Of a stretch of DNA of 64,000 nucleotides, positions 1 to 10,043 are shown piece after piece. Location of the stretch: positions 64,001-128,000 of the forward strand of contig CAVXEP010000022.1 of the NCBI GenBank assembly GCA_963760795.1. The letters are read 5' to 3'. Position numbers and translations under genes: made by a program. The stretch's first letter is position 1. Every line of letters begins with the position of its first letter. The notes below the pieces were generated by a model. The model did no database searches and had not been told where the DNA came from. It was given only the letters and a program-made list of their open reading frames with translations. Source of the DNA: an uncultured delta proteobacterium (GTDB taxonomy: Bacteria; Desulfobacterota; Binatia; UBA9968).

Positions 1-1460
1 ATCACCGGGCGCCATTTGTCGCTAAAACAACGGCGCACGCGCGTATCTTGGGCTAATTTTTCAAGTAACATCGGCACGCGCAGCACCAATCCGACCAGCG
101 CGCGCTCGGCGACATCGTCGCGGCTTTCGCTCGGCGCCGGCGCCGCACTGGGAACCGGACGGGTTGGCTGCGCCAGCCGCGCATTCGAACTCGTCACTGG
201 ACGGCGCAGCAGTTCCTCGCGAACACCCAGGTCCGCCGCCCGGCGAATCAACAGATCGACTTCGAATGGATTGGTCACCTTAGCGAGCAACCGGCCAATC
301 TCACTGGCGGTTTGGCTCTTACCTTCGATGGTGCTGCCGTGGCGCCGCTGCAGCCAGGAAAAATAAAAATCGGCCAGAGGCACCGCTTGATCGAGCAGCT
401 TCTCCACGGCGTCCTTGCCTTGCCGGCGGACGAAGGTATCCGGATCCTCGTCTTTGGGCAAAAACGCCGCGCGGCCGAGCAAACCGGCTTCGACGAAAAT
501 CTCAAAACTGCGCGCCGCCGCATTGAGCCCGGCATCGTCGCCATCGAATAGTGCGATAATATTCTTGGTGTAACGCGAAAGCGCGCGCACATGTTCGACG
601 CTCAGCGCCGTGCCCAAAGTCGCCACCGCGTAACCGATGCCATGCTGCGCCAGTGCGATCACGTCGAGGTAACCCTCGACCACGACAACCCGGTCGGCCT
701 GGCGGATGCCCTCCTTGGCCTGGTATAGACCGTAAACCGTCGAACCCTTGTGAAACAGCGGCGTCTCGCTCGAGTTCAGATACTTCGGCATCCCCTGATC
801 CATCACCCGGCCGCCGAAGCCGACGATCTTGCCCGCCGCGTTGGCGATGGGAAACATCACTCTGGCAAAAAACTTCTCGTAATACTGTTGCGGGTTGCGC
901 TGGCCGACCAGACCCAACTTGATCGCGTCGGCCAACGCTAAACTTTCTTTCTTGACCAGACCGACCAGTCCCGAACCGCCCTGGGGTGCGAAGCCCAGCA
1001 TGAATTTGCGCGCGATCGCATCCTCGACGCCGCGCCGCTTGAGATACTCAAGCGCAGCCTTGCCCTCGAGATGATCGAACAAAATGCGCTGATAGTTGGC
1101 CGCGGCGCGCTCGTTGATGCGGAAAAGATTTTCACGCTCGCCCAGGTCGCGCTGATAATGACCCGCGTCCGATCGTTCGATGACGATGCCGTAGCGTTTG
1201 GCCACCTGCTCCACCGCTTCGGGGAAGCTCTGGTGATCGTACTCCATGAGAAACTGAAACACGCTGCCGCCGGCGTGGCAGCCAAAGCAATGATAGATCC
1301 CCTTCTCTTCGTTGACCGTGAACGACGGCGTCTTCTCACCGTGGAACGGACAAAGTCCCATGTGATTGCGGCCGGCTTTCTTGAGCGTGACGTAGTCGGA
1401 GATCACTTCGACAATCGATGCGCGATTGCGAATTTCGGCGATTTTGTCCTGACTAATCAT
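1..1460 (-). CDS. dnaG: DNA primase (runs off left edge)
   Basis: Manual translation from ATG 1460: MISQDKIAEIRNRASIVEVISDYV..GLCPFHGEKTPSF..YHCFGC (CHC2 zinc finger); downstream YLNSSETPLFHKG and VVVEGYLD (TOPRIM). Confidence 0.95.
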   Translation of the reverse strand, partial: MISQDKIAEIRNRASIVEVISDYVTLKKAGRNHMGLCPFHGEKTPSFTVNEEKGIYHCFGCHAGGSVFQFLMEYDHQSFPEAVEQVAKRYGIVIERSDAGHYQRDLGERENLFRINERAAANYQRILFDHLEGKAALEYLKRRGVEDAIARKFMLGFAPQGGSGLVGLVKKESLALADAIKLGLVGQRNPQQYYEKFFARVMFPIANAAGKIVGFGGRVMDQGMPKYLNSSETPLFHKGSTVYGLYQAKEGIRQADRVVVVEGYLDVIALAQHGIGYAVATLGTALSVEHVRALSRYTKNIIALFDGDDAGLNAAARSFEIFVEAGLLGRAAFLPKDEDPDTFVRRQGKDAVEKLLDQAVPLADFYFSWLQRRHGSTIEGKSQTASEIGRLLAKVTNPFEVDLLIRRAADLGVREELLRRPVTSSNARLAQPTRPVPSAAPAPSESRDDVAERALVGLVLRVPMLLEKLAQDTRVRRCFSDKWRPV

Positions 1461-1469
1461 GGCTAGAAA

Positions 1470-1997
1470 CTAGATCGCCTGCCGCCCTGCGCCCGGCGCG
1501 GCGCCAGCGCCGCTGAAGATTCGCTCCTTACCCGCCTTGATCAAACTTTCCCCCAGCTGAGACAGTGGCGGCACCAAATAGGCACTTGCAAGCGAGTCAC
1601 GGGTGGGCTGGGAAAGCAATGAAGATGAACTTAACAAAAAGATGGCCAGCGCCGCCAGGGCCGCACCCTTACCGACACCGATGGCGATGCCGCCAGCACG
1701 ATTGACGGTTTTCAGAAACAACATTTTTTCCGAACGGTGCAACAGCCAACCGGCCAAGCTAAAGCCGAAATAAATCACAAAAAAGATCGCGACAAAACCC
1801 GCACCCTTGAGCATTATCGGCGCAAACTTCCAATGCTGCGCGGCGTACTGCGCCGCCACACCGCCGTAGCGAGCGGCAACCAGGAAACCGACAATGAATC
1901 CGGCCAGTGATAATATTTCACGGAAGAGACCTCTGAAGAAACCACGCAAGCCAAAAATTCCAAAGACGGCGAGCAGAATCAAATCGACCCAATTCAC
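1470..1997 (-). CDS. cvpA: CvpA family membrane protein
   Basis: MNWVDL..GFFRGLFREILSL motif, several TM segments, NRAGG motif. Confidence 0.85.
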   Translation of the reverse strand: MNWVDLILLAVFGIFGLRGFFRGLFREILSLAGFIVGFLVAARYGGVAAQYAAQHWKFAPIMLKGAGFVAIFFVIYFGFSLAGWLLHRSEKMLFLKTVNRAGGIAIGVGKGAALAALAIFLLSSSSLLSQPTRDSLASAYLVPPLSQLGESLIKAGKERIFSGAGAAPGAGRQAI

Positions 1998-2162
1998 CAG
2001 CTGCCACCCATTTGCGATGGCGGCGCCGACTCTCGATCGTACACACCGCTCGCCACATTCGCACAGTCGATATCTTCTACGGCAAACTGCGGATCCGGTC
2101 GCATCGGGTTGGATCGCTCAAGCATTCGATGACCCGAGGGATCGATCCCCTGTCTCAATATC

Positions 2163-2609
2163 CTAACCGCCCAGCAACGCCTTGGTAAGATCGCTAACCC
2201 GCTTGCCGTCGCTGCGTCCCGCCACCTTGGGCATCACTAGCTTCATAATTTTCCCCAGGTCGGCAAGCCCACTAGCGCCGGCCTCTTCGATACTCGCTTG
2301 GATTGCCAACTTGATCTCTTCGTCGGTAAGTTGTTGCGGGAGAAACCCCTTGAGGATCGCGAGCTCGGCTTCTTCTCTGGCCGCCAGCTCCTCGCGCCCG
2401 CCCTTTCGATACAATTCAATCGCTTCGCCGCGCTGCTTGCATAAAGTGCCGATAATCTTCTGAATCTCATCGGCGCTGAGCGCCCGGCGCAGGCGGATCT
2501 CTTCGTTCTGCAGCGCCGCCAACAACAAGCGCAGAGTAGAGAGCGTCACCGTGTCGCCGCTTTTCATGGCGGCTTTCACGGCTTGTTGAATCTCCACTTT
2601 CAATTCCAT
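2163..2609 (-). CDS. GatB/YqeY domain protein
   Basis: KAAMKSGD..LSTLR, GREELAAREEAE, FLPQQL, GKIMK..GRSDGK; conserved position beside rpsU. Confidence 0.9.
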   Translation of the reverse strand: MELKVEIQQAVKAAMKSGDTVTLSTLRLLLAALQNEEIRLRRALSADEIQKIIGTLCKQRGEAIELYRKGGREELAAREEAELAILKGFLPQQLTDEEIKLAIQASIEEAGASGLADLGKIMKLVMPKVAGRSDGKRVSDLTKALLGG

Positions 2610-2636
2610 CGCTGTGTCTGGCTTTCGATGTCGCAC

Positions 2637-2831
2637 TTAAAACGCATGGCGCACGCGCCGCAGGGCACGTTTTTTCGCGGCAATCGCTTTTTTCTTACGT
2701 TTTACGCTAGGCTTCTCGTAATGTTCTCGTTTACGCAATTCGGCGAGGATGCCGGCTTTTTCGCATAGTTTTTTAAAGCGGCGGATGGCGCTTTCAATCG
2801 ACTCGTTATCTCGAACACGAACTCCGGTCAT
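2637..2831 (-). CDS. rpsU: 30S ribosomal protein S21
   Basis: [27 protein letters not shown]. Confidence 0.97.
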   Translation of the reverse strand: MTGVRVRDNESIESAIRRFKKLCEKAGILAELRKREHYEKPSVKRKKKAIAAKKRALRRVRHAF

Positions 2832-3024
2832 AGAAATGACTCACCCCCGATCCAGGCAGACCGCACATAAACCGGATTCAATTTTAACTGATAAATCCTT
2901 CAAGTCAAGTAAAACACTTTTAAATCTAACTGCTTGCATTAATTAGCGGAGGGCGAAACGGGGCTTTGAACAAGTGTTTTAGCGAGCGCTAGTAACTGGA
3001 CAAAAAGCCCCCACGTTTTGCCAA

Positions 3025-3756
3025 TCAAACAGCTCGGCCAATCAGGGATAGCTTTTCGGGATAGTCGGAAAAAATCCCCTGTACGCCCAAATCGACGAAC
3101 ATCTCGATCTCACGCCGATCGTTGACGGTCCAGACGTAGAGATCTAAGCCCGCTTGCCAAGCGCGGTGGCAAAATTCACGCTGCGCCAGCTGCTTTTGGA
3201 CATGGATCGACGTGGCGGTGAGCCGCTCGGCGGCGGCGATGGGGTCTTCCCGGCAGCCGGCTCCATGAATGACTCCGACGGCTGCCTCGGGCGCCAACTC
3301 CCGTACCCTGGCCAAGCTGCGGTAATCGAAAGACGAGATCACCGTCCGCTCCAAGTAATCGTAGTGGCTCAAGATGAACAGCAGCTTCAACTCGATGCCG
3401 GGCGGCGCACCGGCGGCGACTTTAATTTCCAGACATAGATCGACGTTGCCGGCAAAAATTTCCAGCGCCTCTTCCAGGGTCAAGATTTTCTCGCCGCGAA
3501 AGGCCGGCTTGCGCCACTTGCCGATGTCGAGGGCGCGCAATTGCGCCAGCGTCTTCTCATGAACTTTCCCGCGGGCACCGGTAGTACGCGCGAGCCGCTC
3601 ATCGTGGAACACTACCACATGGCCATCGGCGCTCAGTTGGCAGTCGAGCTCGATCATATCGGCGCCGGCGGCAATCGCATTTTCCAAGGCCGGCCGACTA
3701 TTTTCCGGGTAATGTCCCGAGGCGCCGCGGTGGGCAATTTTCTTGAACGATGGCAT
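3025..3756 (-). CDS. Glycerophosphodiester phosphodiesterase family protein
   Basis: IAHRGAS..PENS, IELDCQLSADG..VVFHD, WTVND, GIFSDYP. Confidence 0.92.
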   Translation of the reverse strand: MPSFKKIAHRGASGHYPENSRPALENAIAAGADMIELDCQLSADGHVVVFHDERLARTTGARGKVHEKTLAQLRALDIGKWRKPAFRGEKILTLEEALEIFAGNVDLCLEIKVAAGAPPGIELKLLFILSHYDYLERTVISSFDYRSLARVRELAPEAAVGVIHGAGCREDPIAAAERLTATSIHVQKQLAQREFCHRAWQAGLDLYVWTVNDRREIEMFVDLGVQGIFSDYPEKLSLIGRAV

Positions 3757-3838
3757 TGGATGGTTTTAGACTGCTGGGGATCCAAATATTACCTGCTAGA
3801 GCAAATTTTCCGCTCGTGTTCGGTAGGCAAACCCAACT

Positions 3839-3905
3839 CACCACGAAGTTCACGAAGGACACGAAGGGTTCGGATGATCGAAGCTCCAACTTCGTGCGCT
3901 TCGTT
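3839..3905. repeat. Intergenic hairpin of 9-bp-period CACGAAG / CTTCGTG units (REP-like)
   Basis: CACGAAG at 3842, 3851, 3860; inverted CTTCGTG/CTTCGTT at 3890 and 3899. Confidence 0.7.
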
Positions 3906-3971
3906 CAGGCAAAAACCGTCCGTTCTTCTTGGCTTGTGGCTGCGCCGCCCTAGGTACAGACGCGTGAAAAT

Positions 3972-4721
3972 TTAAACCGTCGCAAGCGAATTCATTTTAA
4001 GATGGAGCAGAAATTCTTTGTTGCCCTTGGGTCCCAAGAGCGGCGATTCGGTGACGGCCAGGACCCGATAGCCGCAGTCGACCGCTGCTAGAGATATTTC
4101 ATCGATGACCCGGTTGTGCTCTTCCGCCGAGCGCACCACGCCGCCTTTGCCGACTTTGCCCTTGCCCACTTCGAACTGTGGCTTGATCAGCGCCACGACA
4201 GTCCCTTCTGAGGCAATAAGCGAATGTACTTTCGGCAGGATCAATTTGAGCGAAATAAACGAGGCATCGATGGTCGCGAGTGCCGGGATGAACGGCAGAC
4301 GAGCCGGCTCCAGATACCGGATGTTGGTTTTTTCGAGAACCACGACGCGCGGGTCGTTGCGCAGTTTCCAATCGAGTTGGCCATAACCGACATCCACCGC
4401 GATGACCTTGGCGGCGCCATGAACGAGCAGACAATCGGTGAAGCCGCCGGTGGAAGCACCGATGTCGATGGCACTTTTGCCGGCGACCTCAATGGCAAAC
4501 TCGCGCAACGCCTTCTCCAGTTTGACGCCGCCGCGGCTGACATAGGGAGGCGCGGCTTTAACCGTGATCGGCGCCGCGCGGTCGATCAAGTTACCCGCTT
4601 TAGTGACCGGTTGCCGATTGACTAGAACCTCGCCGGCGAGAATGCGCCGCCGCCCCTCTTCCCGGCTCGCCACCAGTTGGCGCTCGACCAAGAGCAAGTC
4701 TAAGCGCTGCCTCTTTCCCAT
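3972..4721 (-). CDS. tlyA: TlyA family rRNA methyltransferase
   Basis: S4 domain RLDLLLV, YVSRGGVKL, DIGASTGGFTDCLL, LIKPQFE, GPKGNKEF. Confidence 0.95.
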   Translation of the reverse strand: MGKRQRLDLLLVERQLVASREEGRRRILAGEVLVNRQPVTKAGNLIDRAAPITVKAAPPYVSRGGVKLEKALREFAIEVAGKSAIDIGASTGGFTDCLLVHGAAKVIAVDVGYGQLDWKLRNDPRVVVLEKTNIRYLEPARLPFIPALATIDASFISLKLILPKVHSLIASEGTVVALIKPQFEVGKGKVGKGGVVRSAEEHNRVIDEISLAAVDCGYRVLAVTESPLLGPKGNKEFLLHLKMNSLATV

Positions 4722-6616
4722 CCCTCTCTAATTTTCTTCTTGGCACGGCGCATCATCTGCAAGGCCGCCTGAGCGATGGCATCTTTGTCGAAGCCACAGA
4801 TTTTCTTGAGCTCCTCCTGGGTGCCATGGGGAATGAATCGATCCGGCACACCGAGCCGTTTGACATCCACACCGGTAATGCCGTCGTCCGCGAGAAATTC
4901 CACCAGCGCGCTGCCGAAACCGCCGCTGATCGCATGATCTTCGACAGTGATAAGCCGCGGCACTTTGGTCAGTAGATCGCGAAACAGGTTTTCATCCAGC
5001 GGTTTGACGAAGCGTGCATTGACCACCGCCGCGTTGATACCCAGGGGGGCCAAATCTTGCGCGGCTCTAAGCGCCGGAATCGCCGTGTTGCCGATGGCGG
5101 CGATGACCAGATCGGTGCCGCCGCGCAGTAGTTCCGCTTTGCCGATCTTCACACTGTGCATCTGTTCGTCGAGCGCGACATCCCAACCTTCACCGCGCGG
5201 ATAACGCAATGAAATCGGCCCCGAATGCTCGATGGCAGTCTTGAGCATATGCTGCAACTCGTTTTCATCCTTGGGCGCCATGATGACCATGTTGGGGATC
5301 GAACGCAGATAAGCAAAATCGAAAACCCCGTGGTGTGTCGGCCCGTCAGCGCCGACCAAACCGCCGCGGTCAAGCGCCAACACCACATGAAGATTCTGCA
5401 CGCAAACATCGTGGAGAATCTCGTCGTAGCCGCGCTGTAGAAAAGTCGAATAGATCGCCACCACCGGGACATAACCCTCGGTCGCCATGCCGGCGGCGAA
5501 CGTGACCGCATGCTGTTCGGCGATGCCGACATCGTAGGTGCGCTCCGGCAACTCGCGCTGCAACTTATCGATGCCGGTACCGCTGCCCATTGCCGCGGTG
5601 ATGCCGACTATCTTGGGATTTTCCTTGGCCAGGCGAACCAGCGCTTTGCCGAAAACCTCTGTGTAGCTCGGCACCGGACTCTTGTCTTTTTTAGCTTTCC
5701 CGGTCAATACGTGAAATGGCGTAACGCCGTGAAACTTGATCGGGTCCTGCTCCGCCAGTGCGAAGCCTTTGCCCTTTTTGGTCAGGACATGAACCAAGGT
5801 CGGTCCCTCGACCTTTTTGATATTTTCCAAAGTCGCGATCATCGCGCCGATATCATGACCATCGATGGGACCGACATACTGAAAACCCAAGCTCTCGAAG
5901 AGAAATCCCGGCGTGACCAAGCTCAAAAATGAATCGCGAATCTTGCGCGCCGCGTATTTGATTTGCTCGCCGCTGGGCAAACTCTTAAGCAAACTTGAAA
6001 GATTTTTTTGCAGCCGTAGACCCAGATCGGTGGTAAACTGCCGGCTCAAGAACGACGACACCGCGCCCACCCGCGGATCGATAAAGTGCTCGTTGTCGTT
6101 GAGAACAACGATCAAGTCCCGGTCCAGATGACCGGCCGAGTTGAGTCCTTCGTAGGTCAATCCCGCACTCAAACCGCCATCGCTGATCACCGCGACGACT
6201 TTACGTTTGCCGCCGGCCAGCGCGTTGGCCTCGACCATACCGAGCGCCGCGGAGATCGATGTGCCGGCATGACCGGCGCCAAAGGTGTCGTATTCGCTTT
6301 CTTCGCGCGAGAGAAAGCCGCTCAGACCGCCCAACTGGCGGATCGTCGCCAAGCGATCGCGCCGGCCGCAGATGAGTTTATGGGCGTAGGTTTGGTGGCC
6401 GGTGTCCCAAACGATGCGGTCTTCCGGCGTATTGAAAACGTAATGCAGCGCCAGTGTCAGCTCCACCGCGCCCAAAGTTGAAGCGAAGTGGCCGCCCACT
6501 TCCGACACCACCGAGATCACTTCTTCGCGGATCTCCTGGGCCAACCGTGGCAACTCGTCGATCCTGAGTTTGCGCATGTCGCGCGGATATTCGATACCGT
6601 CAAGCAATCGCGCCAT
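4700..6616 (-). CDS. dxs: 1-deoxy-D-xylulose-5-phosphate synthase
   Basis: GGHFASTLGAVELT, WDTGHQTYAHK, DVGIAEQHAVT, DRGGLVGADGPTHHG. Confidence 0.97.
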   Translation of the reverse strand: MARLLDGIEYPRDMRKLRIDELPRLAQEIREEVISVVSEVGGHFASTLGAVELTLALHYVFNTPEDRIVWDTGHQTYAHKLICGRRDRLATIRQLGGLSGFLSREESEYDTFGAGHAGTSISAALGMVEANALAGGKRKVVAVISDGGLSAGLTYEGLNSAGHLDRDLIVVLNDNEHFIDPRVGAVSSFLSRQFTTDLGLRLQKNLSSLLKSLPSGEQIKYAARKIRDSFLSLVTPGFLFESLGFQYVGPIDGHDIGAMIATLENIKKVEGPTLVHVLTKKGKGFALAEQDPIKFHGVTPFHVLTGKAKKDKSPVPSYTEVFGKALVRLAKENPKIVGITAAMGSGTGIDKLQRELPERTYDVGIAEQHAVTFAAGMATEGYVPVVAIYSTFLQRGYDEILHDVCVQNLHVVLALDRGGLVGADGPTHHGVFDFAYLRSIPNMVIMAPKDENELQHMLKTAIEHSGPISLRYPRGEGWDVALDEQMHSVKIGKAELLRGGTDLVIAAIGNTAIPALRAAQDLAPLGINAAVVNARFVKPLDENLFRDLLTKVPRLITVEDHAISGGFGSALVEFLADDGITGVDVKRLGVPDRFIPHGTQEELKKICGFDKDAIAQAALQMMRRAKKKIREGWERGSA

Positions 6617-6617
6617 A

Positions 6618-7595
6618 TTAGGATTGTATCTCCTTGGTTAGAACTTCGCCATTCATTTTCAACGCCCGAGCGACCACCTGCCGGGTAATCGCGCGCAACG
6701 GCTCGGCGCCGGCGCCGAAGGGCGCCAACTCGCGCAAACAATGCCGGCGTAACTCCTTGAGCCGTTGCTGCGCCGCGGCAATGCCGATCACCGACGGAAA
6801 TGTCGCTTTGTTCCACTCGCTGTGTCCTGATTCGGCACGCTCGCCAGGCGCGGTCTCGCCCAAGATATCGAGGATGTCATCGGCGATTTGAAAAGCCAAG
6901 CCGAGATACTCGCCGAAGCGCGCGATGCGCTTTAGCTCCGCCGGCTTGGCGCCGGCCACCTGCGCGCCCAAGCGCAGCGAAGCGCGGATCAACGCGCCGG
7001 TTTTGCGCACATGAATATATTCGACCACGCCGATGTCGACTTCGCGCCGCTCGGCCTCCAGATCGAACGCCTGACCGCCGACTAAGCCGGCGATGCCGAC
7101 GGCGTGCGAAAGTTCATGGACCAACTTGAGGACCAACTCGGCGGGTAGACACTTTAACACCCCGGGCGCCGACAGCACATGAAAGGCTTCGGTGAGCAGC
7201 CCGTCGCCGGCGAGCAGCGCGATGCCATCGCCAAAAACTTTGTGGTTGGTCGGTTCGCCGCGGCGTAGATCGTCGTTATCGAGGGCCGGCAGGTCGTCAT
7301 GAATCAGCGAATAGCCATGAATCATCTCGACAGCACAGGCAAACGGCAGGAGCGCCTTGCGCCGCCCCGCGAAGATCTCGCCGGCGGCCAGCACCAAGAT
7401 CGGCCGGATGCGCTTACCGCCGGGGAAAAGTCCGTAATGCATCGCTTTCCAAATGGTGCCGGATTGCTCCGCGTAGCGCTTCAAGTAACTTTCGAGAGCA
7501 CGGTCCACCGCCGCGGTGCGGGAACGCAGATAGGACTCCAGATCGAAGTTCGCGGCGCTGTGGTTTGCCTTTACGGCCAGGCCAGTTTCACTCAT
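6618..7595 (-). CDS. ispA: Farnesyl/polyprenyl diphosphate synthase
   Basis: GGKRIRP, HGYSLIHDDLPALDNDDLRRG (FARM), KTGALI, FQIADDILD; directly upstream of dxs. Confidence 0.92.
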   Translation of the reverse strand: MSETGLAVKANHSAANFDLESYLRSRTAAVDRALESYLKRYAEQSGTIWKAMHYGLFPGGKRIRPILVLAAGEIFAGRRKALLPFACAVEMIHGYSLIHDDLPALDNDDLRRGEPTNHKVFGDGIALLAGDGLLTEAFHVLSAPGVLKCLPAELVLKLVHELSHAVGIAGLVGGQAFDLEAERREVDIGVVEYIHVRKTGALIRASLRLGAQVAGAKPAELKRIARFGEYLGLAFQIADDILDILGETAPGERAESGHSEWNKATFPSVIGIAAAQQRLKELRRHCLRELAPFGAGAEPLRAITRQVVARALKMNGEVLTKEIQS

Positions 7596-7691
7596 TGAGA
7601 AAATCGCTTGAATCACCCAGACTGGGAGCAATTTAGCATCCACCGGCGCAAGTCTTCAAATCAAGCTGTGCAGTATTTGCCAAAATTGCGC

Positions 7692-8516
7692 CTAAAGTTT
7701 TTGCAGGTGAGCATTTTTTGCCGAATATCCGACTCGATCGTTGGCAGGCAAAGATACCCCGCAGGCGAACAAGCCGAGTAACAAGCCGCCAACTCCGGCG
7801 CCCACCGCGATCCAGTACTGATTGAGGATGCAAAATCCCAGGGGCAGTGCGAAGTTGACTCCATAGACCCACATGGCGAAATGCATCGAAGTCTTCGGTC
7901 GCGCCACCAGCTGGTTGAGAACGATAAACAGCACCAATCCAGTAACGCCCCAACCGAAAAGATTCATCCACGGCATACCATAGTAGCTCCCCGCTTCACC
8001 CCAGACCCAATAACTGGTTACCTTGCTCATCGCCGGGTCAAGCAGCAGATCCCAGGAAACCAACAAGACCGTAGCGAGCATGATCGCTATGACACCCGAA
8101 CGGTGCTGGCAGGCCATTGTCCAGCAAGCCCAACTCATGGTGAACCAACTGAGTGGAATCAACAGCGGCACGAGCTCGAACCACTTGGGACCGAGCAGGC
8201 TTGTATAGGAGTAAGGCCCGAACGGCACGCCCCAGCCGGTGCCCATGAGCTCGCTCGCCAAACTAACCGCATAGACGACGGCAAACGCGAATAACGCCGC
8301 GAGGCGATTTCTGAGCAAGGCGTCGGCTACCACGGCAAGACCGCCGAAAAGCATATTGCCGACGGCGAAACCGTGAAACGCCCAGGTAAAGAAACGCGCT
8401 TGGGGATCGACCTGCATCAAGAGATCGGGACGCGAAGTAAAAATACCATAACCCAACAAGCTCGCGACCACGATCAGCGCCTGTAAAACTAAAAAGCCCC
8501 ATGCTACGAAGTGCAT
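7692..8516 (-). CDS. cruF: Carotenoid 1',2'-hydratase-like membrane protein (CruF / carotenoid biosynthesis protein family)
   Basis: E..G..PFGPYSYT..LGPK..VPLLIPLSW, WDLLLDPAM, YYGMPWMNLFGW; RBS GGAGGAG before ATG 8516; located in crt operon. Confidence 0.8.
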   Translation of the reverse strand: MHFVAWGFLVLQALIVVASLLGYGIFTSRPDLLMQVDPQARFFTWAFHGFAVGNMLFGGLAVVADALLRNRLAALFAFAVVYAVSLASELMGTGWGVPFGPYSYTSLLGPKWFELVPLLIPLSWFTMSWACWTMACQHRSGVIAIMLATVLLVSWDLLLDPAMSKVTSYWVWGEAGSYYGMPWMNLFGWGVTGLVLFIVLNQLVARPKTSMHFAMWVYGVNFALPLGFCILNQYWIAVGAGVGGLLLGLFACGVSLPANDRVGYSAKNAHLQKL

Positions 8517-8547
8517 CGTCGCTCCTCCATTTGAATTTGAACACTCA

Positions 8548-8715
8548 TCAATCACAAGCAGCGGGCCGCAGACACACCGCGCTAACCAACGAATCGAGGA
8601 TCCGCTGCCGCCGGCTCAATAGCGCGATCGCCAACGATAGCACCCTCGGTCGGTACACTAAGCCACGATTTTGAGAATTGAGATCCATTATCTCTTTTTC
8701 GTAACTTCGCTTCAC
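8548..8715 (-). pseudogene. Probable remnant (N-terminus only) of a methyltransferase gene
   Basis: GTG overlaps the ketosynthase stop (GTGA); MKRSYEKEIMDL resembles the RS..E.MD N-terminus of PKS-associated methyltransferases, then similarity is lost. Confidence 0.35.
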
Positions 8716-9992
8716 ACCATCGCTCCACGCTCGATGACTAAGGCGGAGTTCTTCGAACCGAAACCAATGCAATTACAGAGCGCGATATCGGTGGCTTTGG
8801 CGATGCTCTGATTGGGAATGTAATTGAGATCGCACTCCGGATCGGACTCGTCCAGATTGATCGTCGGCGGCAAAAAGCCGCCATTCATACCACAGATCGC
8901 GGCGATGACGCCCGCCGCGCCCGATGCCCCTTGAGGATGGCCGATCATCGACTTGACCGAACTCATCGGCAGCTCACGCGCCCGTTTGCCGAAGCATAAC
9001 TTGGTCGCGCGGGTCTCAGTTTTATCATTCAGAACTGTTGCGGTGCCGTGCAGCGCAATGTAACCGACTTCGTCTTTGGCCAGCCGCGCATCTTCGATCG
9101 CCAGGCTCATCGCCCGGGCGGGCTCCTCGCCGCTCGGCTCGAGACGGACACGGTGATAAGCGTCGCATGTCGAGGCATAACCGCGCACCTCGGCATAGAT
9201 CGTTGCACCGCGGATCAACGCCAACTCGCGCTCTTCGAGAATCAAAATCCACGCGCCCTCGCCGAGGACAAAGCCGTCCCGGCTCCGGTCGAACGGCCGC
9301 GACGCCCGTGCCGGCTCATCGTTGTGCGATGTCGACACCGCTTGCATGACGCAGAACCCCTGCATGATCGCCGGCGTAATCGTCGCGTCGGCGCCGCCGG
9401 TGACAAAATGATCGGCCAAGCCGAAACGAATTTGATTGAAGGCGTAGCCGAGAGCGTCGGTGGAGCTGGTGCAGCCGGTGGAAATCACATGGCTCGGTCC
9501 ATGAAAACCGAAATGGATCGATAGTTCGCTCGAAAGCGAGCCGAGGGTCGAACTCGAAACGTTGTAGGCGCTGATTTTACGCAACTGATCGCGGTAATAG
9601 AGGCGATACTGTTCCTCGACGAAATCGGCTGTGCCGCCGCCGCTGCCAAGGATCACGCCCCAGGACTGTTTTTCCTCCAAGCTCATGCCTGCCGGAGAAA
9701 CTCGGGCGCGGCGCAGCGCTTCCTGCGCGGCGGCGACCGCCAGATGCACCGCGCGACCGGTGCGTTTGATATCTTTGGCGGACAGGAAACTCTCCGCCTC
9801 AACGTTCCGAACCTCACCGGCGACGCGGCAAGAAAGCGCGCCAGCATCGAAGCAGGAGATCGTATCGATACCGCTGCTACCTCGCCGCAGAGACTCTTGA
9901 TAGGCATCGGCGCCAATACCGTTCGGGCTCACGACACCGACCCCGGTGACGACAACCCGCCGGCGTTTTGAATCAACTTCGTATCGGCTCAT
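8712..9992 (-). CDS. Beta-ketoacyl synthase (FabF / type II PKS KS-alpha-like)
   Basis: RRVVVTGVGVVSPNG, STGCTSSTDALG (Cys), RPFDRSRDGFVLGEG, HGTAT (His), KSMIGHPQGA (His). Confidence 0.9.
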   Translation of the reverse strand: MSRYEVDSKRRRVVVTGVGVVSPNGIGADAYQESLRRGSSGIDTISCFDAGALSCRVAGEVRNVEAESFLSAKDIKRTGRAVHLAVAAAQEALRRARVSPAGMSLEEKQSWGVILGSGGGTADFVEEQYRLYYRDQLRKISAYNVSSSTLGSLSSELSIHFGFHGPSHVISTGCTSSTDALGYAFNQIRFGLADHFVTGGADATITPAIMQGFCVMQAVSTSHNDEPARASRPFDRSRDGFVLGEGAWILILEERELALIRGATIYAEVRGYASTCDAYHRVRLEPSGEEPARAMSLAIEDARLAKDEVGYIALHGTATVLNDKTETRATKLCFGKRARELPMSSVKSMIGHPQGASGAAGVIAAICGMNGGFLPPTINLDESDPECDLNYIPNQSIAKATDIALCNCIGFGSKNSALVIERGAMV

Positions 9993-10043
9993 TGAATTCG
10001 GCCACATCCGTTCGCTTGCCGGCATTTCGTATCAAGCTCGATC

